Notes: a model not told the origin generated them from the sequence alone. A stretch of DNA of 63,088 nucleotides, filler included, from Choristocarpus tenellus KU-1152 (GCA_964200185.2; 11 parts of 11 records of this genome joined end to end with filler, not necessarily neighbours in it); one strand, 5' to 3'. Numbered from the whole stretch's first letter, positions 12,317-26,463 are shown. A program made the numbers and translations.

Positions 12317-14958
12317 GGACACAAGAGTATGATCCGTTGGATGTTCACCAACCAGGCATGTGCTGGGCGGGAGGTATGTCTCATACTTCAGGAGGAGGCT
12401 TTTCCAGCAACAGGAACATTGAGTCTAACCGCATAGAGGTGTGTGAACTGATTTAATGTGATTGATAGTTTAGAACTGATTTAATGTGGTTGATAGTTTT
12501 TAAAGCAATATAGTAGGAACATTGAGTTGAATCAGTTAGAGGTGTGTGAACTGATTTAATGTGATTGATATTTTAATGCAACAATGTAAGGTATATATAT
12601 ATATATATATATTTCATCATGTCTTCTGTAGCTTCAAGCTGTTGTGTTTTGTGACCTTTGAAGCTGATTAGTAGTGATCAGGAGTTGGTGCTTACTATGA
12701 AGGCGTTTATAGTTGTAGCATTGCATTTTGTTCGGATGAGCTGGTTGATGATTGCTATGACGTGAATAGGGAGAGATTGGGTTGGGAGAGGCAGCAAAGG
12801 TAGTGTAGCTGACTATAATCTCCCCCTTGCACCCAAGGTTGTGTAGTGTTGAGTGTGTATACAGCTTCATGCTCCATGGAGTCTGTAACACCCAGTAGGC
12901 GGTGGTGGATGTAGAACTCATTTGCTTCAAAGTGTTCACTGCTTGCAGAGTAGTCTGCAGATGATGACTACACTGTGCAGTGTCAGGAGATGATGACTCT
13001 ACTGTGAATTCAAACAAATGAGGGTTACTTGTTGGAGTGGGAGGTGATGAGCGAGGGTATATGCAAGAGATGGTAGTGTGTGCTCTAGGGTTAGGGTTAG
13101 GGTTATAAGTCTATAGACTATGGGACATGAAATGGTTATGAACTCAACGACACTTATGACCCCAGTCAGGGTTCAAGTCCGGGTTGTATGCAATTGTACG
13201 GTGTTCCTCTCTTGTTTCCTCTCAGGTCTCACTTGCAATGCAGTCAGTCTTTCCACTCATTGTGTTGAGGTTTGCATACTGACCCTGACCCTGACCCTGA
13301 CCCTGACCCTGACCCTGACCCTGACCCTGAGAAAGTTGTAGACTAGATTGACACTTGAAGTATGCAGCACAAGGAATTTGATGTTGATTGCACTTCTGCT
13401 CTTAACTATAGAGTGGGATTTGATGTTGATTGCACTTCTGCTATGAACTATAGAGTGGGATTTGATGTCGATTGCACTTCTGCTATGAACTATAGAGTGG
13501 TGGGTAGCTCTTACTGATACCTTGTGGTACGGCAAGGGTTAGGGTTATTTATAATTTAGTTAGTAGGTACAATTGTTTATTAGTGCCTTGTGATGCACTT
13601 GTTCATAGTACTATGGAAGGCTTTTTTGATGAACGGCATCTTTCTTTTCTGGCAGTAGGTGCACCTCCTCCTGTTAGCTGGGGTTAGGGTTCAATTGCAT
13701 TTGAGGCATGGGTATGTCTTGGGTACATACATTTATACATTTATACATAAATATGTGCATATATATATATATATGTATGTGGTGGGGGGTCATCACCAGT
13801 TGCAGGGCCTCTGCTTTCTTGCAGTTATATGGGTTTTAGTTTAGCATGGTCAGTGCTGCGACCCAGGTGACTTTGATTGTGATTTATTGTTGAGAATTGA
13901 ATCAATGGGTACCGTGTCTTATGAGTCATGTAGTCATTTCAATCCATGTAGTCATTTCAATCCATGTAGTCATTTCAATCCATGTAGCATCCATGTAGTC
14001 AAGTGGGCACTTTCTCGTAGGGGTTTTGGTATCGTGTTGGCGTGTTTGGGGCTGTTGCCTTCGACCCCATGAGAAAAAACGGTCAAGATAAGAATAATAA
14101 ATGGTTAATGTGTGAGTATTTCACTTGTAACATTTTTTATATTACTTTAATGTAATGTGGTGCAGAAGAGGTTACGTGATGAAAAATAAAATATATATAT
14201 TTATATATATATATATAAATATATATATATATTCTCGATATTGGTTGTCTGAAAATAAATATGTAATGTACTGATACAAGCAGTAGGTGTGATTGGATTG
14301 GTTACACGTAACCAATCCAATCCCACCCGTGTTGTGTTGTAATTGAAGTATTAAAATATTAAACCGATTTTTGTTCTTGATAAGGCGTGTACTTGGAGAG
14401 TCAGGTGGAGGGGTTTGTTTGTTTGTTTGTTTGTTTTGCTCTTGAGACGTGGAAGTGTATTGTGTTGGTTTTCGTTTTTTGTAATTAGGGGACATCCGTA
14501 CTGGTTTGGTTTTAGTTTATCCTTAGGAGCTGTTGGAAAATGTTGATAGAAAAAAGAAAAGAGTTTTATTTTTCTTATGACCTTTTTTTTCAATATTATC
14601 AACCCTAACCCTAATAATAATTTTAATAACAATACTATCCTCGTCCACTGATGTAAATTGTGGTAAGTCTTTTTTGACCCTCTGGCTACAAATTCACTCT
14701 AACACTCTTAAGTCCTTTTCCCAGTCAGTCTCTCTGTTCTCTATTGCCTCAAGCGTTTGGCAAGACATGTTCTCTGTGACATGAAGAGTTCCTCAAGCAC
14801 GCGCTAACCCTAACCCTAAATCTAACCCTAATTCTATCTGTTGTTTCTGTTTATATCTTTATGGGGTTTTGTAAAATATTTCAGGTGATGCGTCTTTTGC
14901 TGGTCCTGTTGAGTCAGTCTCTGTTCCAGAGGAATGGAGATGATTCGTCGGCATCCAG
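12317..14958 (+). CDS. Two candidate exons (12317-12373 and 14885-14958) of an unknown protein, possibly HID1/dymeclin-like
   Basis: CAG|GHKSMIRWMFTNQACAGRE|GTATGT joins in phase 0 to CAG|VMRLLLVLLSQSLFQRNGDDSSAS|GTGAA. REVMRLLLVLLSQSLF resembles, from memory, the HID1/Ecm30 R.EVLRLLL..S..Y segment. Family assignment is weak. Confidence 0.45.
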
Positions 14959-16380
14959 GTGAAAATAATAATAATAATAATGATGATGATGATGATGATG
15001 ATACTACAAATAGTAGTGATAATATTGTCATTTTTAAGTATAACAATAAAATGCTGCCGTTACTATATTATTGTTTAGTCTACGGTAAGGATAGTAATAA
15101 TAATAATAATATTAATAAGAGTCTTAGGGTTAGGACCTTTTTGTACTTTTTGAAGAATTTTTTTTTATGTAAGTGAGAAAAATATGAAAATGTGTGATTA
15201 ATAAGATCGGTAGGGTGCATACACGTTTCAGAACAGTAATTTTATGTTAGTTGAGGGTCAAAGTATCTGGGGGGGGGGGGGGGGGCCGGGGGGGGTTTTT
15301 GAACAAGATTGGAAGGGNNNNNNNNNNNNNNNNNNNNNNNNNNNNNNNNNNNNNNNNNNNNTTAATTAATTAANNNNNNNNNNNNNNNNNNNNNNNNNNN
15401 NNNNNNNNNNNNNNNNNTTGTTTTTTTTTTTTTTTTTTTTTTTTGTGGTTGGGGGGGGGGGGGGGGGGGGGGGGGCTATAGAGGAAGGTGTGGATGAATT
15501 GTAGGGATCTGTTGGGGTAAGATAGTTATTTTGGTCTCTGATTGGTTGTATGTCCCTCCATTGTCAGACCTGTGACAATGTAAGATATACCTCTATTTGC
15601 AGGGTCTCATGTGCTGCAGCCGCAGCAACCAAATAGAACATACTATTCATAGATACCTGGATTTTTGGCAAAGATGTGAGGGGTAAGGAAGGCCCAAGTT
15701 TGAAAATGTCTTGATGATTCAAATAGGCTAATGCCTACCCCCTTCTAGAGTATACTTTGACTCTTAACAGTGTGTGCTACTGTGTTGGATGATATATTAT
15801 TTTGTTGGGAGTGGTAAGAGCTGTACATCTGGTAGGTTGTGTAGTGGTAGTTGAAAGCATAAGTGCTTCAGAAAAACCCTGTGCCAATCCCGGCAAAGAT
15901 TGGATTTCCTTTTTTTATTTTGAAACACTCACGGTGGAGTGTGATTAGAAGAGTTAAAATATATGTATTGCAAACCTGGTGAGGTGACAGCTCTAACCTT
16001 TTCATGTATGATTAGGAAGGTCAATAACGCATCCGTTCTGGCAGAAAATATTTTCACCTTAGGAATTGACCTAGCCTGATGCTGCCACATCTGCTCTCAT
16101 ATACATCAGGTTTCCTGCTTTTGTTTCATACAAGCTAGTGGTGTCTCTCCTTGCTCCTTTTTGTGTAATGATCCCTATTACCGGTACTTTTGTTCACTTA
16201 CAGACACATTATACCCTTACTTTTGATTTTTCATTGTCTGCAGTATATTATTGCTTGGTGAGCCGAAGAGCACCCCTAACCCTAACCCTAACCCTTGTAT
16301 CACTATTGTACACCTAATATGTGATGTATGCCCACGCTTTTCTTTTCTTTTCTTTTTTAAAACAAAATCAACTTTTTCAG

Positions 16381-16533
16381 GTGGTGACTGTTGGGGTCCT
16401 CCTGGCGCAGTCCCTGGGTTTATCGGTACTGTCTTGGCTTTTCCTCACTCGAAATGAATACTACAAGATGTCTAGCATTGCTACAGCAGGCATGCTGCCC
16501 ATGCAATCATTTGGTGTTGACAAGCGCAGTTGA
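16381..16533 (+). CDS. Terminal exon of a GPR180/TMEM145-like 7TM protein
   Basis: TTTTTCAG|VVTVGVLLAQSLGLSVLSWLFLTRNEYYKMSSIATAGMLPMQSFGVDKRS*. Matches the recalled GPR180 TM7 and tail pattern [33 protein letters not shown]..TLP. Confidence 0.78.
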   Translation: MVTVGVLLAQSLGLSVLSWLFLTRNEYYKMSSIATAGMLPMQSFGVDKRS

Positions 16534-16899
16534 GAGGGTGTGTAAGCAAGTGGGGTTGGTCAAGGGGGGGGTTCCTTTTGTGCCTCTCTCAGCGTCGATT
16601 GGTCAGTTTGCTCTCTCAGCGGTCACACGGTTGGATTTGCTTTGGATGTTTGAGCGAGGGCTTTGGACTTGTCTTGATGCTTTGGAGTAACGATATGTAT
16701 TGTCTGGATTTGAGGTGTATAGCCTTGTGTTTGGGGCACTTTGACGTGCTTTGTGTGTGTTTGTGTGTGTTTGTATATGTTTGTGTCATGTTGAATTGTT
16801 GAATTGTGCTTGTTGTTCAAAGAGCAATGCCAAGACTGGCCCCACAAGTTTCAGTGATACCTGGTATGGGTTAGACATCCAGGAGAAAAGATTTTTATG

Positions 16900-18200
16900 A
16901 TCATGGAAAGGCGTATGCTGATCTTATGAAGGTACCTCAACAAGGGTATATAAGAGAAAAAGAGAGAGGTGAGATAAAATGAATGAATGTGTAGGTGTTT
17001 TCAGGAAAGGTCTGTAACAAAGGAAGAGCAGTGGTTAGGACTGTTGTTAAGTGGGTGCTTGGGGGTATTGCCTTGAATTTGTCTTTTTTTTTCCTTTACA
17101 GTAACGCCTTTCCAGTAGTGCAGACCTGGCTTAGCATGGAAGAATCAACACTTGGGTTTAATCACACTTGGATAGTGCTTGGATGGCGTTTATCCAGATG
17201 TACATCAAAGATTTAGAAGGAAAAGGGAAATGTGGTGACTACAATGGTGGGGATGGTGGTTTGTGTGTGTAACTGGGTGAGATTGGAAATTTTCAGTGCA
17301 GGTCTTCATCACAGCTGGATGGAAGATACAAGATTTTTACCTGTGTACATTGATGATTAGGAAGGGATAGGAATGTTCACACACTGTGATGGACATGTTG
17401 TGGAGGGTGCTGCCTGCATGGGGAAGAGGAGGGTTTATGTGGACTTTGATACATGTGTCCTGTAACCTCTTAATGTTGTACTGTTATAGGACTGTATGAG
17501 TTTGCTTATTGTTGTTGTTCCAATATACTCCAGATCATAACCTGAATTTCAAGAGATGTACAATCTTTTGGGAGATCAAACTCCTGGTACAATTCGAAGT
17601 TGATGCTATTGCCCTCTGTTATCATGCAAGAGTTATATTGAATGAGAGCTTGTTATCAATAGTACTTCGTCCCTTGGCATTTTAGGTGACTCTTTTTTTG
17701 TGAGTGTCCCACGTTGTCACCATTTGTTGCGAATAATGCCACATATTCTGTTTTTTTTCATCAAGCGTCACAGTTCCTCACGCTCAATAGAATGATATCA
17801 TTTTGGAGTACCTAGAAATTTATGCCCGCCCCAGGTTGTTGTACCTACTCATCAATTTGGTGTTCTAAATTGTTGGAGTTCAAGGGAAATTTGCTTGTTC
17901 AAAAAAGTATAGCTTAGTACAGAGAGGATAGGATTTCGGTTAGGTTTCTATCCCATAAACCGTCAGGATTGCATTCTCATCAACCATGGAGAAGTGGTGG
18001 AAGGGCAAAGGAATCAATGAAAGGGAGCATGCAAATATGCTGCTTGAAGTAGTATAATGTATTGACATGAGTCCAGGAGGCATGTATATATTTCCCATTG
18101 CTGGTGTAGCAAAAGGATAGCTCTTCTTGTCAGATGATCTCTTCTCATGTATGATTGTTCTACCTTCAACCACCACTCCCATCCCCACCGTAAGCAAAGA
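16900..18200 (+). mobile_element. Highly decayed Ty1/Copia-like RT-RNase H remnant
   Basis: Scattered, frameshifted motifs in Copia order: MYIKD (~17200), VYIDD (~17345) and RQ/RIAFSSTME (~17960-17990, compare KQ..VALSSTEAE). Many stops. Confidence 0.33.
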
Positions 18201-20016
18201 ATTGTGACTTCATTGCACCACATAAAAAAAAGAAAAGAGACATGTATATACGTTACGTATGTTTGCTCTCAGCCTCACTATAATACCTATTTTCATAGTT
18301 TTGTGGTTGAATGTAAGTGGGGATCAAAGGTGGGTGCCTGGATAGAGACTAGGTAAGGACAACTTATTACTTTATTTTTACATCGAAGTGTATAATAATA
18401 TTGATTTGATATTTTTAGAAGCATACATACATGAAGGACGTCACCCACAAGATAATGAAGAAAGTGAGAGATGGGGGAAGGGGATTACAAGGACCATCGA
18501 TTGAAGGAACAAGAGGATTGATAAAGTACCTAACTCCAAGCAAGTAATATTGGAGCACATCCCACCTCCCCAAGATGGCACAACTCTAACCAGGTCCTAC
18601 AATACCACCTCCTAGTTGGGCACCTCATCTAACTGGCCCCCTTCTAATTCTAAACGATCTCTTACTACTACTACTCCAGAGGGGGGGCTTCTTATTCTTG
18701 TGATAACATAAATTTCATTGTACAATAATAAAGATCTGAAGTATCTTATAAATATAGTAAGGCGTATTGTGTATGCATAATATGATATCTTGTTGCCAGA
18801 AATTGGAAAGTAAGATGTATCATAATGTTTTGCCTGCGCCTTCAAGTAGAAAATTAAAGGAGTAGAAGGAACCTAGCCAGGCCCTCCTCCTCCTCTCCTC
18901 AATATTTTCCTTATGTTGGGCACTTCCTCAATTCTCCTTCTTCACGTTGGTTAGCAGCAAGCGAGAATGCAGTTGTTGTGTGGTACCGCTCAAGGCGCCT
19001 TACATAACAGGGGATTCTCAAAATTGAGGATGGAGCGGGACTATGAGGATGNNNNNNNNNNNNNNNNNNNNNNNNNNNNNNNNNNNNNNNNNNNNTTAAT
19101 TAATTAANNNNNNNNNNNNNNNNNNNNNNNNNNNNNNNNNNNNNNNNNNNNGATATTGGCATCTCCTAACAAACATGATAGCCAAAATAACATCAAATTG
19201 CAACATTGGATTTTGGTCCCCAAATGGACGCGGCTCTATACTTTAAGATACTTTGACTCTTAAGAGTGGTAGGTTACAAACAAACAAAAAATTCTGACTA
19301 TTCGAGACAATCCGTTGTAAATGGGAACATCACAAGCTAAATAGTAATTTTCCTGTTTACTGCCAACTTTGAATTTTGCACTCAGTCGAGACAATGACGC
19401 TACGTATTTGCTCCTGAAAAATGCACTTAATTCCACAGATAAGATCAACAGTCTTTTCATTCTCTTTTCCCCTGACACATCTGCAAAATGTCAGAGGGCA
19501 TAATAATAAAAATAACATCAACAGTTGTCTCTTAGTCATACCGTACAGCCAACTAAACCGAAACCCTATTTGAAATACTGCTACAATCCTGTTTCCTCCT
19601 ATCTCAACAGGGTCTAATTACATTGGGAACAACGACAATTTTGGACAGAAAGAAGAGAGACTAACAGTACAACTCTGGTATCAATAACAGAAATTAGTTG
19701 TTGAAGGTACGAAGTGCAGACAAATCAGTTATCTTTGAGGGGCACTAAAACGTCCAGCGTTTGGCGTCGGGTGAAAGGATTACCAAGTTTCCTCTTAAAG
19801 ATACCTACATATGCCATGGCGGAAAAGTGAAAATTTCACTCAGCTCTCATCGAGCTATTCATCGAGATGATACACTATCCTCTGCTAGCAAAATACCCGG
19901 AAAGATCCATTTTGAAACGCTTGGTAAGGGTTGCAATGCTGGTCACACCTCTAGAAACCAAGCATAAAAAAAGTCTCATTCCGCTTCAAAAGCATTGTTA
20001 CGTTCAATAAAGATAA

Positions 20017-20281
20017 GAGCAAAAGCAAACAAGAGGTACCCAGGTTTTGGCCGTTTTACATTTTGAGCCACTTTTTCCAGCTTTTACAAATCACCCTTTT
20101 ATAGTTCAAGTGCTAAGATTGACTTGAGGGCGACTTTGATTTCTAATTTTTGAAGTAATTTTCGACAGAATTCAGAAAAGCTTCTATACGCTTTTGTATA
20201 CAAAAAGTGGAATATTGCACATAATTGTCAGCGATCCTTAAAATGCAGATCTTCCTGGCTACCTTGCGTTTGCATTGGGTG
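20017..20281. mobile_element. MITE family C, diverged copy
   Basis: Colinear with 36781-37042 (agaggtacccaggttttgg ... cgacagaat ... ctatacgc ... caaaaagt). Confidence 0.75.
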
Positions 20282-20816
20282 GAAGTGATACTTGCGTACT
20301 GCAACTACCACCCCTGACCTTGTGAAATCATCTTCAGGAGAGTGGTGGCGAAAATAGTCACATGGTATACAGGAAGAGGGAATAGGCAGAAGAACATGCA
20401 GAAAAGAGAAAATAGTAAGTGTGTGTGCCAGCCAGCAAGAAGAAAGGATGACTGCACAGGTGAAGTGAAATGTGCACACAGAAGCAAAACTCGACAAGGC
20501 ACGCGGAATCAAGTGTGATTACATAACGTTACAAACAAGAAGGCAACACATACAGCAGATACAGTAGTCCTATAACAACAGAGAGTTCAATCTACTACAA
20601 ACCACACAAAATCAAATGAATCTCAAAAAAAATCCTGATATCGCCACAACCAACGTTGAGTGGTGCAGGGCTGCTGCGGCAGCATATCAAGAGGCAACAG
20701 CCACACCAACAGAATAAACGCATTCCTACTTCATTCACAAAACTGACCAATAGGGTATTTTTGTCCTTAAACGTCCTGTACTTCCCTTAGTGTTACCATC
20801 ACTCAAAACAAGTTTT

Positions 20817-22632
20817 TTTACCCAGAACAAAAGCTTCAAGAAGATCCAAAGGCGTGGCATCATAGGTAGAGCAGGGGCCCTCCACCTCCAGCATGTATCT
20901 TGCAGATCAAGGGCAGACACGGGAACATCAAACAGCACAACACATCTGTATTTACTTCAGTGCACACACAGGATAGGTTAAATTGTCCCCAACTCTTGCG
21001 CATCGCTGAAGTATCAACACGACATACCAGAACAGGCTTCTTAGCAAAACTGAGGGGTGACTGGGGGTGACTGAGAGGCAGAGCCCAGCACACATTCTTC
21101 AAACTCCTAACCCCGTCAGGAGAAGACCTCGGCATACAAAATTATAAAGATGTACAAGCACGCACAATATGGAAACAATACACAACGAGGAAAGAGAAAT
21201 AAAAATAAAACATGGTAGCAAGTCGCTGCCCTCTTCCTCAACCCCCAACTGCACCACAGTAGCTACTACAACAAACAAAAAAACAAACAAACAAACAAAC
21301 AAAACCCGATACATACCATGTGCATTCCATACAGTTACTCAAAAAATATATATCAAAAAAGAAAAAAACAAACAACAACAACAACAACAACAACAAAATG
21401 TCGTGCGTCAGATCGCACGTACAGTGGTGGGAGGGGCGCCGAGAAAAACATGAGGCACCCTGCACAAGCTCCACCAAGGAACTCACAAGCACCTCAATTG
21501 TCTCGCGCACACTCCTGTGTGCTGTAGGGATAGCTCTCAAGCAACCCCACCTTCGGTGCTTTACTAATGGCTACAACATATTGTAGCATGCAGGTCATTG
21601 CAACTAGAAGACATTAAACCTTAACTCTCCCAATCCTCCCTTGAACCAAACACCTTCGTAACCTTGTCAATAGGATCTCTAAGATCTGGGCTCCTGTCTA
21701 CTACAAAAAAAGAACCTGGGGCTAACGAGGTGAACCAAACCCCCCAAAAATAGCTAGTTCATGTCTAAAACAGGCTGCACTGTGACAGCAACATCGGTTG
21801 AGCTCTGGTGTCTATACACAGAAGCATCACCATTTTTATACTTGACAATTTCAATAGCTTGAAATATCTATGTATATGCAGATGAAGAGAAGGGAAGCAG
21901 TATTAACCCCCTGTACATGGAATGCATTTCAGACTCTCTCTTCCCTAACAAAGCCTTGGCAAAGCCGCAGTGACCCCAAGAGGAAAGGGAACTCTTGGTA
22001 GTTCAACAGACTTCAGTAGTAGCACATCTAAACAGAGCAGCTAACTCACCCAAAGCAGCAGAACCTATCACAACTCAACATTAACCCCCTCCTCCCAATC
22101 ACCCTGTAAAGCCCCTGTTCCAGTGGAAGGCTGCTGTGGGCAATTACATGTTGGGAGGGTGACACACTAAAACAAGAGGTTAAAAAAATTGAAGGTATTC
22201 ATTCACTGACACGTAGAAGAGTGTATCAACATGGACATGAACCATGCCATCACTATACCACATCGGCAATGTGTGAACAGCTGCTTACCCTTGGCATCCA
22301 AGCATCAAGAACTTCAACCTCAAATTGCGATGTGCCCATGAGTGGAATAGTTTTTGATCTCAAGTGCTTGGAAGGCCCCAGACACTCAGTCTGCTTCGCC
22401 TCCGGTGACACCATGACCCTACTAGTGGGCAATGCAGACATGGCCAACCCATTGCACTCCTCCCCAATGCCCCCCCTCCAATAGTCACCACCACTCCCAA
22501 CCACAACAACAGCATCCGCAACACTGCTGCTGCTGTTTTGCACAGTAGACGCCTCAGACTCCACCTCCCAACTCCCCGACCTCCGACTCGTACACGGAGT
22601 TCACTGCTGCCCCTTCATCTCCCTCGGTGACG
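20817..22632 (-). CDS. Cluster of candidate exons of an unknown gene; structure unresolved
   Basis: GC-richer AG..GT-bounded open segments, e.g. ...SQFEVEVLDAWMPR|GTAAG (donor ~22288), HRSVRETIEVLVSSLVELVQGASCFSRRPSHH (~21423-21521) and YMLEVEGPCSTYDATPLDLLEAFVL (~20822-20898). Phases could not all be joined. Confidence 0.35.
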
Positions 22633-23044
22633 NNNNNNNNNNNNNNNNNNNNNNNNNNNNNNNNNNNNNNNNNNNNTTAATTAATTAANNNNNNNNNNNN
22701 NNNNNNNNNNNNNNNNNNNNNNNNNNNNNNNNACACCTTCGCGGTGGAAATTTCTGGGAACCTTGGAAACAAGCAGGACGGGTTCCCACACAGTAGGGGG
22801 GGGAGGGGTGGGAGGATCTAGTAGGGAAGAAGCTGCCAAGTCGCGTTTGAGACAGATGCTGTCTTTAACTGCACATGTTACTCCCTCAAGACGTGTTGTG
22901 CGTTTCAAGCTAGAGACACGAGGCAGATGGGCAAGATGGGGCCTGTCAGATTCTTGGGACACCTCCCTGACTCCTTGCCCACTTTCGTAAGGCTAAGCTC
23001 TATTAGAGGAATAGTGATGTACACATCACTTGTAGTTGCCAACC

Positions 23045-23301
23045 GAGTGAAAGTATGTTAGAGGGTACGAGTTTTGCCCTGTTTGTCATTTGGGGCTTGG
23101 CTTCCCACAGGGTTTTTTATGACATTTTCTACTCCGAAATATTTCGGAGTAGGTAAAATGAGTACGTCATGAAAAGGTGTGCCCTGAACAAGGATATTGA
23201 CACTTCCTAAAAAACACGATAGTCAAAATTACATCAAAATTGCAACATTGGATTTTGACCCCCAAACGGACGGGGCTCTACCCTCTAAGATACTTGGACT
23301 C
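23045..23301 (+). mobile_element. MITE family A (~257 bp, 23-bp TIR), TSD AACC
   Basis: Family consensus ends GAGTGAAAGTATCTTAGAGGGTA ... TACCCTCTAAGATACTTTGACTC. AACC on both flanks. Confidence 0.92.
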
Positions 23302-23786
23302 AACCTTTTTAGGGGGCATTGTTGTATTGGTAGAGTTTTCAAATAGTAAATATTTCTTAGAGAGGTATCTATTGCATTGACAACTGTCATTCTTATACAG
23401 CAGTCCTTGTGGTATAGTTTTGGTTTCTCCCTGATAAATATGCAAAATGTCAAAGGGCATAATAATTTATGTCCAGGAACCGTTGCTCACCTAATACTTC
23501 CAGTTTCTGCTCTGATAGCGTCTCATAAATTCCCAAGATGTTCTACATCATGATCGATAATGTACACCCCCACGCAATGTGATACGCCAATGCTCACCAT
23601 CTCTAGTATTTTTTTCATTTTTTAATCTAAACTCCTAGGGTAAAGTCGTCTTGAGCCCCTATGCTCTTTAATATATTAGGTGTTCTGCACAGCTGTGCAG
23701 TTTCCTTGCTGGGAACGATGTCTTCGTCTTGCATCTTAACCAAATTGCTCCTCTTTCCTTCAACTTGAATGATGGTATGGTCGTAG

Positions 23787-23881
23787 GTTGATGAGCTGTC
23801 CATGATGAAGACAATGTTCGACTTTTATGATAGTGACCGGGATGGACGGGTTACTGTTGAACAGGCTTGTCTCCTGTGCAA
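23787..23881 (+). CDS. Calmodulin-like EF-hand protein, exon with EF1
   Basis: TAG|VDELSMMKTMFDFYDSDRDGRVTVEQACLLC(K)|GTGAGT. DxDxDG loop. Confidence 0.85.
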
Positions 23882-24492
23882 GTGAGTGGTGTTATTCTAA
23901 AGAAGAGGATATCAAAAGATTAATGTATTAGAGGCCCTTAATTTGGGAAGGTTCATGTGATAGAAAGGGGAAGGAGACCTGCCGTTAGTACCTTGGTCTG
24001 GAAAATCGTACTATTGACCGTTGAGGTCATGGTGAATGGGGAGGTAGGTAATACTGTTTCGAGTTCAAGGTCAGAGCCACAGTTCTGGGGGGGAGATTAG
24101 AGATAAGAACGAGCAGGTCTGGGTGGACTGAGGGGAAAGCCTAGGCACCAGGACAAGGTCAGAGGCCCTGGTTGGGTTGGCAGGTACAATAATATTGGTA
24201 TATCACTACAAGGCGATCCTTCTTTGGAAATGCATCACTGTATGTTGTGGAAACTCTACATATGTAGCTTGGTTGTACTTGGGGCGTCTAATACACCCTA
24301 CCCAGTTATCATACGGGTATTGAAAAATGACGATGCAAATGTTGTTATCCTACACTCAAGACTTTGGGTCACTGTTCTCCTCGAACTCTATTGCTTCCTG
24401 ATGCAAACCAAAATCACCTCCTCAGTTTATTTTACATAATGTTCATCCTTTCTACCCACCACCCCTCAAAAATAACTACCCTAAATCCCCAG

Positions 24493-24561
24493 GGTACTTG
24501 GTTTCCAGCCAGCAGAATTAAGCCTCGCGCAATGTGAGAGTGATGGGCTCATGACATACAG
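24493..24561 (+). CDS. Calmodulin-like protein exon
   Basis: CAG|(K)VLGFQPAELSLAQCESDGLMTY(R)|GTGCA. Phase 2-2; LGFQP corresponds to the calmodulin LGQNP linker. Confidence 0.75.
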
Positions 24562-24694
24562 GTGCACTATGCCGAGGAAAAATACGTGTGTGGGGTTAGG
24601 TTCTGGTGGACTTCTCTCTTTCACGGTTCAAATTGTTCTTCTCCCGGTATGCAACATCCCAAGAGGGAGTGCAAGTCCTAACCCCAGAAGTAGG

Positions 24695-24950
24695 AAGTGG
24701 AAGTATCTTAGAGGGTAGGAGTTTTGCCCTGTTTTGGGGCTTGGATTCCCACGTTTTTTTTAACATGACATTTTACCTACTCCGAGATGTTTTGGAGAAG
24801 GTATAATGTGTATGTTATGAAAAGGTGTGTCTGGAACAAGGATATTGACACTTCCTATCAACCGTGATAGTCAAAATTACATCAATCTTTCAATATTGGA
24901 TATTCGGCCGCCAAACGGACGCGGCTCTACCCTCTAAGATACTTTGACTC
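24695..24950 (+). mobile_element. MITE family A, intronic
   Basis: Full-length copy with TIRs. Flanks AGG / AGG(A). Confidence 0.9.
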
Positions 24951-25560
24951 AGGAGGCTTTGGACTGCAAGTGCGCGCATTTGCTTCACTACATATGGGCA
25001 CATTTGCATCTTCTCTGAAACTGATCTGAAACTTGAAAGGGGGCCTAGAGTATGATGACTTCATATCCTGCAAACCGTACAATGATTATACATGGAGAAC
25101 ATGTTTGAGTATATATTGAAGACCTGTAAACACAATTCCAACTGTAGGAGGTAAACAAGCCAAAACATAGGAGTGGAATTTCATGCTGTATAGCCACCTC
25201 TCATCTTATACCTGAAGATAATACATGAACCCTATTAGTGTATTTCAGTACCCCCTGCAATAAACATATTGTCTACTGTAGCATAGTGCTGTGAGACACA
25301 CTTGAGCAAGCATTTTTTAGAATTCTTCTTTTTGTCATGCTGTCCAATCATCTCAAAGCAACTCTTTTGAGCTCTGCCATTGGGAGATGTGGTATTTCTT
25401 CCAAATTTGCACCAAGGTAGAAGTGAAAAGCCGTTAACACAATTTTCGCATCTCTACTCTACTACCTTTGTCTTCCCAGACTTCCGTCCAGCAGTGATCC
25501 ACATGACTTGTTTGTCGTAACAGCTACGAAATACAAACCCTGCCATAATAAACTAGATAG

Positions 25561-25687
25561 GCAGGCAGTGGAATTCGCTGGCTTCATCCGGGCGAAGGAG
25601 TTCTCAAGGGACAAACATGGCTCCACCAAACACTTCTTCCGAATGATCAATCAACAGATCTGCGGTGGTCCTATCATACCTGAGCAG
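25561..25687 (+). CDS. Calmodulin-like protein exon
   Basis: TAG|(R)QAVEFAGFIRAKEFSRDKHGSTKHFFRMINQQICGGPIIPEQ|GTCCA. Phase 2-0. Confidence 0.72.
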
Positions 25688-26160
25688 GTCCATGCATACT
25701 GTGTTTTTTTCTTTGGTCCATGGAATTACTTGGGGATGGAATTCACAATAGGAGTAATGAATGCCTGCAACACAGGGTTAGTGTTAGGATTAGGGTATGG
25801 AAGAGTCCTCGTTGAACAGTCAACCAAGTGGTTAGACCAGGGTTTTTGCTGTTTGTATTGGTAATCTAAACATCACCTTTCTTCTTGGCCCAAGGAAGGT
25901 TTGATCTCCTTGTAACCCTTCTAAACTATCATTTCACAGGGCCTTGCAGCTTGAATAGGCGTGGAGTTGATTGAGTTCTAGGTTTTGTGCGTGTGAAATA
26001 AGCAGTCTGAGGTTGACTATCTTTACCCCCCCCTGCGAACAATTGAATGGTGCTAACCTTGACTTAAGAGCTGTGTCTCTCACTACATGGTTGTATTGTT
26101 ACAGTTGGCGGACTTTCAAGCCCTTTCGAATCACAAGCAATTTGTGCACTATGTACAGTG

Positions 26161-26414
26161 GAGTGAAAGTATCTTAGAGGGTACGAGTTTTGCCCTGTTT
26201 GTCCATTTGGGGCTTGGCTTCCCGCGCTTTTTTTACATTTTCCTACTCCAAAATGTTTCGGACTAGGTAAAATGTATGTAATGAAAAGGTGTGTCTGGAA
26301 CAAGGATATATTGACACTTTAAAATTAATATGATAGCCAAAATTATTAAAAATCGCGACATTGGATTTTGACCGTCAAATGGACGCAGCTCTACCCTCTA
26401 CGATACTTTGGCTC
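26161..26414 (+). mobile_element. MITE family A, TSD AGTG
   Basis: Full-length copy. AGTG on both flanks. Confidence 0.92.
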
Positions 26415-26463
26415 AGTGGATAATCCCTCTCATGCATCTCTTCTCATTTGTTTTTTTAGTGTA

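Noticed and set aside
9357-16533. Continuation of HAS1, or one gene spanning the 14885 and 16381 exons
   Set aside because: No helicase C-terminal motifs were found, and the exons are separated by an artificial linker.
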